Virus record (IMG/VR): IMGVR_UViG_3300035698_022190
Span: 124,001-188,000 of that record
Direction: 5' to 3' (one strand)
DNA length: 64,000 nt
Positions 1-11,129 of the stretch are shown here, piece after piece. Each line of letters begins with the position of its first letter. Position 1 is the first letter of the stretch. The notes below the pieces were generated by a model. It saw only the letters and a program-made list of their open reading frames with translations. It was not told the DNA's origin and ran no database searches. The translations under genes and the position numbers were made by a program.

Positions 1-93
1 TATCATTTTCGGCCGTTTGTAAAGATTCTTTTAGTTTAAAAATTTTCCGGTTCAACGCAGTTATCTGTTGCTGCCATGTTATTTTTGTCATAT

Positions 94-526
94 TTAATTC
101 CTATTGACTATTAAGGTGGTGTACTTTATAGCTTCATCAGCGATGTCTCCAATTTCTTTAATTGTTGACAAAGGGGGCTGTAGATCAACTACAAAATCCA
201 GCGATACAAACCGGTTTCCTACTAGCTGGAGAGTATTATTACTCCAAACCATTATGGCACCGTCAGACCCTACCCATTCATATTTTATGTCTCCTGCCTT
301 GTCGACAGAAATTGATAACGGGGCGGTCTTATCCTTCTTCATCTACTATCACCTTACATTCTTTTTGCGCTAATTTAACGCGTTTTTGAATTGCCAAGTT
401 TTTTTCCTCTAAAGTTTTACACTTTTGGAAATAGGTTCGCAATTCATAATTTTCTAAATCGATGCCTAAATACCTAACCCCTTCATACCAGCCAAGTATG
501 TAGGCATCTTTTTCTTCTTTCGTCAT
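94..526 (-). CDS. Two small hypothetical phage proteins (94-342, 329-526)
   Basis: Overlapping, co-oriented ORFs downstream of rtcB, both ending in TAA. Confidence 0.6.
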
Positions 527-532
527 TTTTAC

Positions 533-1717
533 TTAACCCTTTATTACTGCTAAGGGCCTTAATTTTGTGTGTATTCTAACAAGATCTTTTTGATTTTTCA
601 TAACCTCATTAATATCTTTATATGCACTTGGTGCCTCATCTAGCCTACTTGCGTCTAAATCATGGACAATATATTGATCGTCAAGAGTTTTTCGCTCTTG
701 TGCAAGATTAAGCGTTTGATTAGCTACACGTCTTCCCATTTTTCTTCCTGCACCATGTGAGCAGCTTTGAAAGGAGTCTCTGTTTCCAAGGCCTTCTACT
801 ATATATGAGTTTGTACCCATCGATCCGGGGATAATTCCTAGTTCCCCGTCACGCGCCCTCGTAGCACCTTTACGATGTACAAGTACGTTTGCACCAAAGT
901 GATTCTCCCACGCTGCGTAGTTGTGTGCTATATTTATTGTATGGCTTCCACAGTTAACGGTGCATGTACCTTTCATTACTCCCTGAAAAGCTTCTAGCAC
1001 ACGTGTCATCATTAGTTCTCTATTTGCCAAAGCAAAATCTACACAATATTGCATTTCTTCTAGGTAGGCTTTTCCTTCTTTTGTGTCTACAGGTAAAAAA
1101 GCCAAGTCAAAAGGTTTTGGCACACTAGTGTACCACTTTACGTTTTCAGCTTTTGCTATTTTATTGTAATGATCGGCAACTTGCTTTCCAAGATTGCGAC
1201 TCCCAGAATGTATCATAATCCAAATATGGTTCTGTTCATCTGATTGTACTTCTATGAAGTGATTACCGCCCCCCAGGGTTCCTAATTGTAATAATGCTTT
1301 ACCATAATTTCGCGCCACAACACTATCTGAGTCAGCCAATGAAACACTCTCTGGCATCATTTTCTCGTCTTGTGGTTTCTCATGCCAATTAAATCCTACA
1401 GGTACCAGCTCTTTTATTTTCTTTGTAAGAGACTTTAACATGCCTGTTGACACTTGACTAGCTAAATTTAAATTTGTTTTGTAGGCTAGCATTCCGCAGC
1501 CTATATCGACCCCCACGGCATTTGGTACTACAACCTTTTGGGTAGCCATTACGCCACCAATAGGCATACCGAAGCCGCAATGCACATCCGGCATTAAAGC
1601 TATGTGCTTATATGCGAATGGCAATTGCGATAGGTTTTGAGCCTGTGACATTGCTCCCGGCTCTATCTCCGGTGCCCAAGATTTTATTGGGACTCTTCCT
1701 TCTGTAAATACTCTCAT
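533..1717 (-). CDS. rtcB: RtcB family RNA ligase (tRNA-splicing/repair ligase)
   Basis: 394 aa with the RtcB motifs MPDVHCG, PNAVGVDIGCG, GTLGGGNHFIE, HSGSRNLG, HNYA, HRKGAT, PGSMG, HGAGR and DEAPSAYK. Confidence 0.97.
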   Translation of the reverse strand: MRVFTEGRVPIKSWAPEIEPGAMSQAQNLSQLPFAYKHIALMPDVHCGFGMPIGGVMATQKVVVPNAVGVDIGCGMLAYKTNLNLASQVSTGMLKSLTKKIKELVPVGFNWHEKPQDEKMMPESVSLADSDSVVARNYGKALLQLGTLGGGNHFIEVQSDEQNHIWIMIHSGSRNLGKQVADHYNKIAKAENVKWYTSVPKPFDLAFLPVDTKEGKAYLEEMQYCVDFALANRELMMTRVLEAFQGVMKGTCTVNCGSHTINIAHNYAAWENHFGANVLVHRKGATRARDGELGIIPGSMGTNSYIVEGLGNRDSFQSCSHGAGRKMGRRVANQTLNLAQERKTLDDQYIVHDLDASRLDEAPSAYKDINEVMKNQKDLVRIHTKLRPLAVIKG

Positions 1718-2315
1718 GCTTTATATACTCCTTCAAATTCTTTTAAATCAGGGGGAAAGGCTCCAATCTTTTCAATAAGAGCGTCGTCTTCATCTGTAAC
1801 CTCATCAATAACTAAATCTTTCGAAGTGAAATTATATTTTTCCGCCATTCGTAATAAAAATGTTCTGGAATTACCTTCGCCCAATTCGTGACCCTCATCA
1901 ACAAGTCTACCATTTATAAAAAAGCCTTCCCAATCCCCTTCCTGTGTTGTAAGAACAACAACACTCCAGGGTTTTTCTTTTGTCATTTTTCTTCCTCCAC
2001 CCATTTAGGGTTTTTAGTAAACCACACGGGTGTAATTCCCGTAGGAAAATCTTCTTCTTTTTCCATAATATAAATTCCAGCATAATCTAAAAAATATTTT
2101 ATGCTCATAAAATCATTGCTAGCTATATAAATTTCAAAACTACTTGCAGGCTGATCAGAATTTTTTATTAGATTCAATTTAAATTTTACAGCTTCTTGTT
2201 CTAAATATTTTATTGCAAGTTCTTTGGTATTAAAAAAGTAGCTGTTTCTTAATACTGAGCCATCCAAAAACCTAGTCATCTCATAATCAAGTGTTACTAT
2301 TTTCTTATTTTTCAT
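1714..2315 (-). CDS. Two hypothetical proteins (1714-1986, 1983-2315), translationally coupled
   Basis: Both end in TGA overlapping the next ATG (ATGA). The likely start of the first is MTKEKP at 1986. Confidence 0.75.
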
Positions 2316-2317
2316 AA

Positions 2318-2695
2318 TTATCCTAATAATTTAATTGCAAAAGCGTTAATAACAATATGTAAGATATTATCCTGAGCATATAATAACCAATAGGTTAGCC
2401 AGTCTGGCAATGCCTTTAGATACCCAGTGTTTGGGTTTACATCTTCTTTCTTGTGACCATTTTTCCACCTAATAAAATGTTTTACTAAATAATAATGATC
2501 CTCTACTGCGTGCGTTGAACATATAATCAATAGAGCAAATATATTCTGAGTAATAAGTAAAAACGGTAACGTATATACTATAGCATGTACAATTGCTGGA
2601 AACCATCTTTTTGTTTTATTAGATGACATCCAATTAGTCTGTAAAACATAGTCACCAATAAAATGTGCTATGATTTGATCTGCTGTAAAAAGCAT
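2318..2695 (-). CDS. DUF3307-like membrane protein
   Basis: AHFIGDYVLQTNWM motif, VHAIVY, hydrophobic helices and C-terminal QDNILH. Confidence 0.8.
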   Translation of the reverse strand: MLFTADQIIAHFIGDYVLQTNWMSSNKTKRWFPAIVHAIVYTLPFLLITQNIFALLIICSTHAVEDHYYLVKHFIRWKNGHKKEDVNPNTGYLKALPDWLTYWLLYAQDNILHIVINAFAIKLLG

Positions 2696-3183
2696 TATAG
2701 TAACTCCCTCATCATTTCAGCTTCAAAATGGCCAGGATGTTTCTGTAGCACTCTTTTAACACAATGTTTGTGTACAAAAGTGTCCCATTCGCCAGAAAAA
2801 TGTAATGGTCCTGCTTCTTCACCGTGCCAACAAAACCAGCACCCACCTTGTGTGGGCGGCAGATCTCCTTTGGCCATGCCGTTACCGGCTGTAATATCCC
2901 AAATTGCTCTCATTTGTTCTTTTGTTAATTCTTTCTTTAATTCTTGTTTTACATACGCATATAGCGTGTGTTCAGTTACTTTATCCATATCCTGGCTCCA
3001 AAAAACCATCTCTAGTTATATGCCAATTCTCATCCATATCAAAAATAATACCATTATCTGTGGCGATGGCAAGGGCATTTGTATTGTAAACTTCGCTAAG
3101 CATAAAAACTTCTCTAGCGTGTAATTTATTAAATGTGTGCAGATGCTTCATAATTTTTAGAATCTTTTTATCATCCTCACTGC

Positions 3184-3642
3184 CTATTTTAGCCATCTAA
3201 GTATCTCCTCTTTTTCCGATATATACTGGTCTACTTCAAGAAGTATATGACTGCATCCAAGTTGGTTTGTTAATTCTTCAATCCAGCTGCTCCAGTTTTC
3301 TTCTAGTAACTTTACAAATGCTGGCGCATTATTGCGTGCTATATAGCGCTCTATATAATTCTCTTTTAAATAAGGCTGTGGATATACTAAATTAAAATGT
3401 AAGCCTTCTTTAACTAGTGCATCTCTAACTTCTTTGTGACTGCTGATAAAAATAATGTCTGCCTTACCAATATTAGCTTTTATATGCTTTATATAATTGG
3501 TAGGAAAATCTTTTTTATCAAATGTAGAGCTGTCACTATCTAGAATTATTTTTCCATCTATACCCCCGAATACCGTGTAAAAATAAGATTTACCTGTGCC
3601 TGGAAAGGCTGAACATAGTTGTGTATTTTTAGACTTCATCAC
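3184..3642 (-). CDS. Small P-loop NTPase/kinase-like protein
   Basis: N-terminal Walker A SAFPGTGKS followed by ILDSDSS. Confidence 0.75.
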   Translation of the reverse strand: MMKSKNTQLCSAFPGTGKSYFYTVFGGIDGKIILDSDSSTFDKKDFPTNYIKHIKANIGKADIIFISSHKEVRDALVKEGLHFNLVYPQPYLKENYIERYIARNNAPAFVKLLEENWSSWIEELTNQLGCSHILLEVDQYISEKEEILRWLK

Positions 3643-3891
3643 AAAATGTCCCTAGTAAATAGGCAGATATAATTCCTTCTGATGGGGGATCTTCCAATGT
3701 TCGTACCGCAACCACATCAAGAACAAATGTATCCTTTACTAATGTTTCTGCTCCAATTACAATAAATTCAGTATCAGCTTCGATAGTGAAACGCTTATAT
3801 GCTTGGTCTGAAAATCCTACCATTGTTCTTGTTTTATATTTCTTTTCCATAACTTTCCTTTAAATAAGGGGCAGTTTCCTGCCCCTGTAAA

Positions 3892-4308
3892 TTAAAACGT
3901 TCTAAGCTTTCCGTCTTTCCATATTTTTATTTGCTTACCAAATAGTTGAGTCCACCAACAAAGTTTCTTGATGTTCACAGTCTTTTGATTAGAGGTAATT
4001 CCTTCAAAAGTTCTTTGGATTCTTGACATATATGTCTTCGATACCCAAGCATCCAACTTCTGATTTGTTTCTTTAGCCCTAACTTTAAACGTAGATTGGT
4101 TCGCTGTGTTGTACATTGCCAAACCGAGATCAGGCTGTACAGGAATTGGTTTAGAGACAGACTTTTTAGCTGGAGCTTTTTTAGCTACTGTCTTTTTTAC
4201 AACTGTCTTTTTAGGGACTGGTGTCATTTTCGCAACTGTCTTTTTAGGAGCTGCTTTTTTTGCAACTGTTTTTTTAACAGCTGGTTTCTTTTCTTTTGTT
4301 TTTGTCAT
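3892..4308 (-). CDS. Basic protein with histone H1-like Lys/Ala/Pro repeats
   Basis: N-terminal repeats KKPAVKKTVAKKAAPKKTVAK...KKTVVKKTVAKKAPAKK. The start is taken as MTKTKEK at 4308. Confidence 0.7.
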   Translation of the reverse strand: MTKTKEKKPAVKKTVAKKAAPKKTVAKMTPVPKKTVVKKTVAKKAPAKKSVSKPIPVQPDLGLAMYNTANQSTFKVRAKETNQKLDAWVSKTYMSRIQRTFEGITSNQKTVNIKKLCWWTQLFGKQIKIWKDGKLRTF

Positions 4309-4477
4309 ATTTAATTCTTTTCTTCCCAATAGTATTCACAAACAAACTTATTTTTCTTTTGTTTTCCTGGTACTTCTACAAAATAAGACTGTCTATGAGG
4401 GTTTATTGGAGCTATGTGCCTATAGCACTTCTCCTTTAGTGGACATTCTGTGCCTTTGCACATAGTAATGTCTGCCA

Positions 4478-4744
4478 TTATTCCTCCACGCGTTCATAGG
4501 TTTCTTCAAAGATATCTGATTTACAGGGATAAAATTCGCCCCGGACACCTTTAATGATCCAATCGCCCTCTGTCGCAATATGTTTACCTTCTAAAGTTTT
4601 AATCATCATGGTAGCTTTATTAGATGAGGCGTCTACTAATACTGTTTGAGAGGGAGAAAGAAATTCTGCCACCTTTGGCATTGCTTCGTCCGTATTAAAA
4701 AATTGAACAGCTTCAATAACCACGGGTTTCTTTCTAAACTGCAT
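4478..4744 (-). CDS. Conserved phage protein (FRKKPVVIEAVQ family)
   Basis: Recognisable motifs RKKPVVIEAVQF, IKTLEG, GDWIIKGVRGEFYPCKSDIFEETYE. Confidence 0.8.
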   Translation of the reverse strand: MQFRKKPVVIEAVQFFNTDEAMPKVAEFLSPSQTVLVDASSNKATMMIKTLEGKHIATEGDWIIKGVRGEFYPCKSDIFEETYERVEE

Positions 4745-6337
4745 TTACTTTGGCAGTTTGCTGTCGTCATCAAAAGAAATCAAATCAAAATAGCTGTCTA
4801 ACCAGGCATATTTTTCATCTAGTTCTTTATCTGATTCAAATTTAATTATATGTGTAGATCCACCTTGCAAGCCCAAAAGTATGGTTGATTCTGGTTTTGC
4901 TTCTGTAGCTCTATGCCGCATATATGTTGCGATAGCATCTAAATTAATTCTCAGATTTTCATCGGCTTTTAACATTGCCATATTATTTTATGGTTTTTTA
5001 TTATCCTTAACTCGAAAATATGGGTCAAGTTTATTTATTACTTCTATTAATCTTTTTGTTTCGGAACGAACAAGACGTAATTGGGTGCCAACTAAAATAA
5101 AAGGATCCAATAACATGCTGCGCTCTTTTGCTAAGAGCTCAAAAATACCCTGTAATTCTTGTAGATCCATACCAATTTCGTGCACACCATTGCGGAACAT
5201 TTTTTGATAAATATACTCAATATCTTCCTTTGTTATAATTGTCTCTTTCATTTTTTAACAGTGACTTTCGGTGTACCACGCTTGACGGGCTCTATAAGAA
5301 AACCCAATGCTTTTTTTCTGGCTCCAGCTTTTCGTAGCTGCTCTGCCTGTACTTCGAGTTTTCGTGCCTCATAGGCCGCAAAAATTTCCTTATCCATTTT
5401 ATCTATTTCAAAATACACCCCTTCCGGGTCTTCACGATAGTCCCATATACCGCCCAATGTCTCGGTGTTGTCTGGGTGCGTTATAGTTTCTAAAGCTAGC
5501 CCTAGTGGGTGCAAAAACTGTCTGTTTAATTCTTGAAGATACCCAAATTGTCGAAACTCGGTTATATTCATACGTTTAATTTCTACGCTCATTGTTTTAA
5601 ACCTTTTTTGTTTTCATTAATGTTTCCTCGTCATCTTCCGGCGTAATTAATAACCTTGCTGCCGGAACATCTAACATAGGTAAATCTTTTGTTTTTATTG
5701 TTTTTGGTTTTTCTATAATAACTGCTACTGGGCTCTTTCTTGTTTTGCTCCATCCCCAGTATGCTGCTTGATTATATATACCTTGAATGTGCGCTTCCCG
5801 CTTTTTATCTTTTAACGGTGTAAAGCATTCCGGACAATTTAAAACAATTTTTTGAGGGGGGCGTCTATTTAAGTATACAGTGTCTGATTTCTTTACAGGT
5901 AATCCGCAACAGGTCTCTTCATCTAAGTGAGAGGCCTTCGTTACTTTGTGTAAATATTTGCCGCCCTTTACTACAATGTATTTCATGATTACTCCTTAAA
6001 AAGGTAACTCGTCATCGAGACTCTCATTCTCTTCTACTATTCCCTCTGTCCGTAATAAAACTACGGTGGTCGGCTCAAGATCCTTATCCCTCATTATTTG
6101 GATAGAATCAAATTCATTTTGTAGAGTTAGTACAGCTTTCGCGGCTGTATCTATTAAAATCTTTTTAATTTGATCAAAAGGCACTTTTAGCATAGGCATT
6201 CTCGTCAGTTGTCCTTCCGCGCCATTATCACTTTGAAATTTAATAGTATCTATTTGATTTGCCGCATCGAGATCATCTCTCGCAATTCCTAGCTGTTTTT
6301 TTAATTTGTTTATATAATCTAAATCTTCTTTTTTCAT
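4745..6337 (-). CDS. Run of five hypothetical proteins (4745-4981, 4988-5251, 5248-5592, 5597-5986, 5996-6337)
   Basis: Tightly packed ORFs, some with clear AAGGA-type RBS. ATGA overlap at 5248-5251. Confidence 0.7.
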
Positions 6338-6355
6338 TTTTTCCTTTTGTCAAAG

Positions 6356-6511
6356 CAACAGAGGGCAGCTAGTATACTGCAGCAAAAAAGTATCTCTCAC
6401 CATGAGCCTTATCGGCTTACTTTGTAGATACCCACTAACAGTTAAGATCCCTAAACGTTGTTGGCCTTATACTGGTGTTTTGGTGCTAGGGTACAACCCC
6501 ACACTCTGTTG
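6356..6511 (-). ncRNA. Candidate structured intergenic RNA
   Basis: Closing stem CAACAGAG (6356-6363)/CTCTGTTG (6504-6511). Internal stems GGG-GTTGTA-CCC, GTATCT/AGATAC, AGCC-GATAA-GGCT and GCAG/CTGC. Confidence 0.45.
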
Positions 6512-6620
6512 GTTTTCTATTTGAATTTCTCTTGTAGCCAATCCCATAAATCGTGCGCACAGGTTCCACCTTGTAGCGCATCAATTCCGAACATAGCCAT
6601 AATTATTAATACAAAAAATG

Positions 6621-6818
6621 TTACTGTTTGCATCTAAATATTCTCCTAAACCAGTTGTCCTCATAATACTCACAATTATTGTTTTTATTTTGTTGTGAAT
6701 ATTTGGGAGTTTTACTTTGTCTTGAAGTTGGGGTGTCTACATAACCTATAACTTTGTTACACCAGGTCCCATATTCAGAGACTTTATAATACTTACAATT
6801 TATACAATAAACTTTCAT
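6621..6818 (-). CDS. Small Cys-rich protein
   Basis: MKVYCINCKYY...WCNK...CEYY. The start is placed at 6818. Confidence 0.65.
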   Translation of the reverse strand: MKVYCINCKYYKVSEYGTWCNKVIGYVDTPTSRQSKTPKYSQQNKNNNCEYYEDNWFRRIFRCKQ

Positions 6819-7513
6819 CGCATCTCTCTTCCTATACCAATTGCTAGGGCTAAAATTATTAAAGGTATTAGTACAAACGGCGCTAGTACTACCAATGAGA
6901 GGAATCCGCAGACTAATGCCGCAAACGCAAAACAACCCCCCACTATAGCAACCATTACCCCTAGTCCTTTTATTCCATCTATTAAAATTTGCATCTTATT
7001 TGTTCCTTCTTTATGTTGTTGCTGTGGATGTTGTCCAGGTTACCGTGCTATCTGATATCCACATATCCCCTGCAGTAATGACGGGCATATCTGGGTTACC
7101 TATTTCCCACCGTTCACAAGAATCAGAAAGTTTTCTACTGTCCACGCCATACCTCAAACACTTTCCATTTGCTTTACATCCGGACAATTTTTCCGTGTAA
7201 TACTGAAAATGTTTACAAAAAGCACATGTTTCTGTTTGATAATAAAAAGAACTCGGGGCAGCTGTGCTTGATGTTCCGTCCATTTTACCAATCTATGTCT
7301 GCAACCGCAAGCCCTGTAATTATAACCGCCAAAAATACTACTAATACCGGTATAAAAATAAACCACAATGTTTGGATCCCAGTCCATATTAATATAGAAA
7401 GGCCTATGGTTATAAATCCTACCCAAAATAAAACTTTTAAAAATAGATCCCAAGTTTCTGAATGGGAGCTTTTAAAGCTTTCTAAAAATTGAGGTAATTC
7501 CATCGTTTCTCCT

Positions 7514-7711
7514 TCATTTTTCTGTGAGGCGATCATTCCACCGTCTCTTTGCGTCCTTTCGAGTACGAGCCCTAACCATGGTAGTGTGCGTACTGCCTTT
7601 ACAACTAACCTCCCAATGATCATGCTTGCCCGAAGGCCAAAATATGTTTTTAACCCTGTATAATTCCGGGTACCCACCACAGAAGCAACAGGGTTTTAAT
7701 TTTGTAGTCAT
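7514..7711 (-). CDS. Lar-like (restriction alleviation) zinc-binding protein
   Basis: LKPCCFCGG start, WEVSC and C-terminal AKRRWN are typical of Lar-family proteins. Confidence 0.6.
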   Translation of the reverse strand: MTTKLKPCCFCGGYPELYRVKNIFWPSGKHDHWEVSCKGSTHTTMVRARTRKDAKRRWNDRLTEK

Positions 7712-9242
7712 TTAATATTATATTCTTTATAAAAATCTAATAAGCAAACTTGTCCGCGAATTCCCCATCTACGGGTAACGCCTTTAAAAGACAGCCCTTT
7801 TCGATTAAAATTGCGGATTCTAAGAGACATGCGTTTAGCATTTAGCTTCACCTCTTCATATCCATAAATAGTCCCGTCAATGTCATCCCCAAAAGTGGCT
7901 ACAAGATCTGCAAGTTCATCTAGATCATATGTGGCGAGTACTTTATTAAATCTTTCTAGATCACGTTCTTCTTTTTTTGTCATTTACTTTCCTTTTTAAT
8001 TAAGATAGGTAAGGATTTGCCGAGAAACGGGAAAAGTGGTATACCAATTTTCAGAACCAGTTTACTCGTATAGTCACCCTACAGTATTCACATTAACGTC
8101 CTGACTAAAGCAGTATCAAAGTACAATGTCTGTAACCATGCACAATGAGTAACCCCCGTTCAACGGCGTATACCTATTCCGCCACTATCTTAAATTTAAA
8201 TTATATTCCAACTAGGTTTAGCTAACCCTGCGGGGTCAATAACTCTTCGCCTGCGCCCATAGCCCATGTTTTCTCCAAGCTTTACAACACGTTTTTGGTT
8301 AAATCCTATGATTGCCTGATTCAATTCACAATCTTCTATGTCAACGTCAGATTCCATAACATGGGAAATAGATTGTTGCGCGTGACAATGCTCACAGCGC
8401 TCAGATTGTAGCCAAAGTCCATTTTTATTTCCCTTAACATAGTAAGGAGTTCCGGCGGGCATACTCATGCGACCGTTTTGCAAATCTCTGTTAGCTATAA
8501 CTCTCAGCCCTTCCCAATCCATTTTTCTTTTTGGTATTTTAATCATCCGGCTCCTCCAATCTTTTTAAATATATATCTTTTAAGACTTTACAATACTCGT
8601 CACATTGCGTTGGTGCGGGATTTCCGCTGTTATCCCAAAGTTTTTTAGGCATAGCAATACGGAACAATAAATGTTTGAGCATCATATATGATTTTTCATT
8701 AAACTCATCTATGTTCCAAGATTCCCCACCAGCATTATTTATAAAGCAATCCAAGGTGTAATCTTCTGGCTCTATCTCAAATAACTCTGGTGGTAAAATC
8801 TGGCCTATCATAAAATCTAATTCTTTATCACTCTGTTCTTGGCTGGGAAGAGCGTGTACTCCCATTACATGTTTTTTTCTTGTCATGCCTTATTAACTTG
8901 GTTAATGTTTCTTTTTAAATTTTTCAACTGCTTCCCAACACTTTTTGCACATAAATACCCACTTACCATCTATTGGCTCGTAGTATACTGTAGCAAAGGT
9001 AGGTCCTCCAGATTTTTTACATAGATCACATCTACACTTATATTCATTCATTGTGCGCACGCAAAGACTATAATTTGTAACTCATATATAATAATTGTGA
9101 AAAGAACCATCGCCGGATACGTCTGCCAGGACATTTTTTCCCCAACTAATTTAGTAAGCATATGAGCAACAAATGTAGCGCAGGTTATTATAAATGTAAA
9201 TGCGGCCAGACCTGATAGCAATATTTTTATTCCTTCGTGCAT
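7708..9242 (-). CDS. Hypothetical proteins 7708-7983, 8196-8546, 8539-8886, 9048-9242
   Basis: Co-oriented ORFs with overlaps. ATGA overlap at 7708-7711. Confidence 0.6.
8000..8192 (-). ncRNA. tRNA-Leu-like scaffold with large insertions
   Basis: Minus strand: acceptor AAGATAG/CTATCTT, class-II-type D arm TGGCGGAATAGGTATACGC, and T stem GTAGGG/CCTTAC with the loop GTG...CAAAT interrupted by a hairpin of about 55 nt. Confidence 0.5.
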
Positions 9243-10075
9243 TTGACCTCCGTTAGGTTGAAGCTTGAGTTATATAGCTTCATGTTAGTTAAATCCAAAT
9301 ATTTACTCAATAACTCTGGTTCATACAGTGAAATCTTAAGCCAAGATTTATCTTTTAAATATGGGTAAAAATTGGCTCCAAAAGCTATTTTACTACAATC
9401 CATGTCCTTTAATCGATCAAATAAGTAGGTAAAATCACTATATTTGTGCTTTGCTCTGCCCATTTGCATATATGGCAACAACACAAAGTAATAAATACCC
9501 TCAAATTCTTCTAAAAGGTCAAAAAAATCATCCACCGACTTCGCGTCAGAGATAATTATGTGTAAATTTGTCTTTACATCCGCAGCTATATAGCTGTGGG
9601 CTGCTATTTTCCACGGTAGGTGCGCGTGAGTTGAAACTGCAACTCCTCCACAGTATTCTACTGTTAAATCCAGCAACTTTTTATTTAAATTAAGCCCGTT
9701 CGTGGTATAGTTGGGCAAGATTCCTAAACTATCTGAGAGTGCAACAAAAGAATCGAACTCTGGATGATCTGTAGGCTCTCCACCACCAAATGCTACCTGA
9801 AACGGTCTTTGATTTTCTGTCATTTTACTGAAATAATCTACAAACCTTCCGACGGGTGGGCTATACCTTTCCAGGGCGGAACTGTCCTGGTAACACCAAG
9901 GACAGCCACCTCTGCAATGATTGGTAAGCTTTACGTCATAGAACTCAGGATACCTAAGTTCTTTGATAGGCTTTGTAGGATCTAGCGCAATTCGAATTGT
10001 TTTGCCATTATGAAAAACAGCAGAGTAATTCTCTTCCTCGAACTTACGAGTTTTAACCACAAAAACCTCCATCAA
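9227..10075 (-). CDS. Radical SAM enzyme
   Basis: CxxxCxxC cluster motif (NHCRGGCPWCY), FGGGEPT, YTTNG and VAVS. Confidence 0.92.
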   Translation of the reverse strand: MMEVFVVKTRKFEEENYSAVFHNGKTIRIALDPTKPIKELRYPEFYDVKLTNHCRGGCPWCYQDSSALERYSPPVGRFVDYFSKMTENQRPFQVAFGGGEPTDHPEFDSFVALSDSLGILPNYTTNGLNLNKKLLDLTVEYCGGVAVSTHAHLPWKIAAHSYIAADVKTNLHIIISDAKSVDDFFDLLEEFEGIYYFVLLPYMQMGRAKHKYSDFTYLFDRLKDMDCSKIAFGANFYPYLKDKSWLKISLYEPELLSKYLDLTNMKLYNSSFNLTEVKCTKE

Positions 10076-10451
10076 TATTAAATATACGTTTTATTTGCTT
10101 TATCATTTTAATGCTTTCTCTTGATTTATCTTTAGGAATCAGCAAAAGATCATGATCTTCCCAGTCCTCATCCTCATCATGGTACTTATCTGTCCGATTG
10201 CCTTCTGAATCAAAACCAATTTCTGCATCCTCTATTTCTTTGTCTGTCTCTGGATCATATACATAATCTCGTGACATTCTAATTGTAAATAAGTCTTCAG
10301 CTCTTTTATCTGAGTCAGCTGCTCTTAATAACGAGTTTAGGAGTTCAAAAAGAAACTGTGCTGTTTTTCCGTGACACTCAACAAAAATTTCTGTTGAAGA
10401 GTTTGTAATTACATCAATAAAAGAATGAATTGATATTCTTAATGCTTCCAT
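10053..10451 (-). CDS. SFxDVITNSSTE-motif protein (paralog 1)
   Basis: N-terminal IHSFIDVITNSSTEIFV. Overlaps the radical SAM gene. Confidence 0.75.
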   Translation of the reverse strand: MEALRISIHSFIDVITNSSTEIFVECHGKTAQFLFELLNSLLRAADSDKRAEDLFTIRMSRDYVYDPETDKEIEDAEIGFDSEGNRTDKYHDEDEDWEDHDLLLIPKDKSRESIKMIKQIKRIFNIDGGFCG

Positions 10452-10464
10452 TACTGTTTTTGAT

Positions 10465-11121
10465 TTAAGTTAAATGTATAAAGTCTTTATACTTTATTTT
10501 AGTTATAATACGTTTGCCGTCTCGGCCAATCAATTCAGTTTCCGGTCTCGCAACAATACCTTCGGCTATAAAGTCACCCCATTGAGATGCAAAACCATTC
10601 CTAGTTTTTTCAACCATCTCATGGAGTGTGCCTGTCCCAATTATAGGAACAATATCTATGCCCAATTGTTTGGCAATGTCTTCTACATTCTTACGTTGAA
10701 GCCACCAGCCTCCGATATTTACATCAAACAAAACAAATTGTTTTTCTTCTTGGTATTTTCCTCCACCTTTTTGAATTCCTGCGCCGTAACCCTCACCATA
10801 TAAACATACAGCTGTTGGGTTGTCGGTGGGGTTCTCAAATATCTCAAGGAACTTGTCTTGTTGACTACTAAATGTATCAACTAGGTATTGTCTTAAATCT
10901 TTGTGCATTTCAGCGTTGTCTGTTTTTCCGTTAAACTTTACCACTTCGTCATCATCGAACATAACACGGATATTTGTACCATCTACCTTTTCGGTCCAAA
11001 TCCATTTGTTATCTGAAAGATACTCAAACTCCGGCTTAGACCAGTAACCCTCTAGAAGGGTTTTGTGGTTGTCATCGGGGTCTCTAAAAAATATTGTCTG
11101 TATTTTATGATACTGTTTCAT
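10465..11121 (-). CDS. Rnl2-like ATP-dependent RNA ligase
   Basis: Nucleotidyltransferase motifs WTEKVDGTN, LYGEGYG, FVLFDV, EGIVARP and ITKIK, with no OB domain. Confidence 0.88.
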   Translation of the reverse strand: MKQYHKIQTIFFRDPDDNHKTLLEGYWSKPEFEYLSDNKWIWTEKVDGTNIRVMFDDDEVVKFNGKTDNAEMHKDLRQYLVDTFSSQQDKFLEIFENPTDNPTAVCLYGEGYGAGIQKGGGKYQEEKQFVLFDVNIGGWWLQRKNVEDIAKQLGIDIVPIIGTGTLHEMVEKTRNGFASQWGDFIAEGIVARPETELIGRDGKRIITKIKYKDFIHLT

Positions 11122-11129
11122 ACTTCTCC

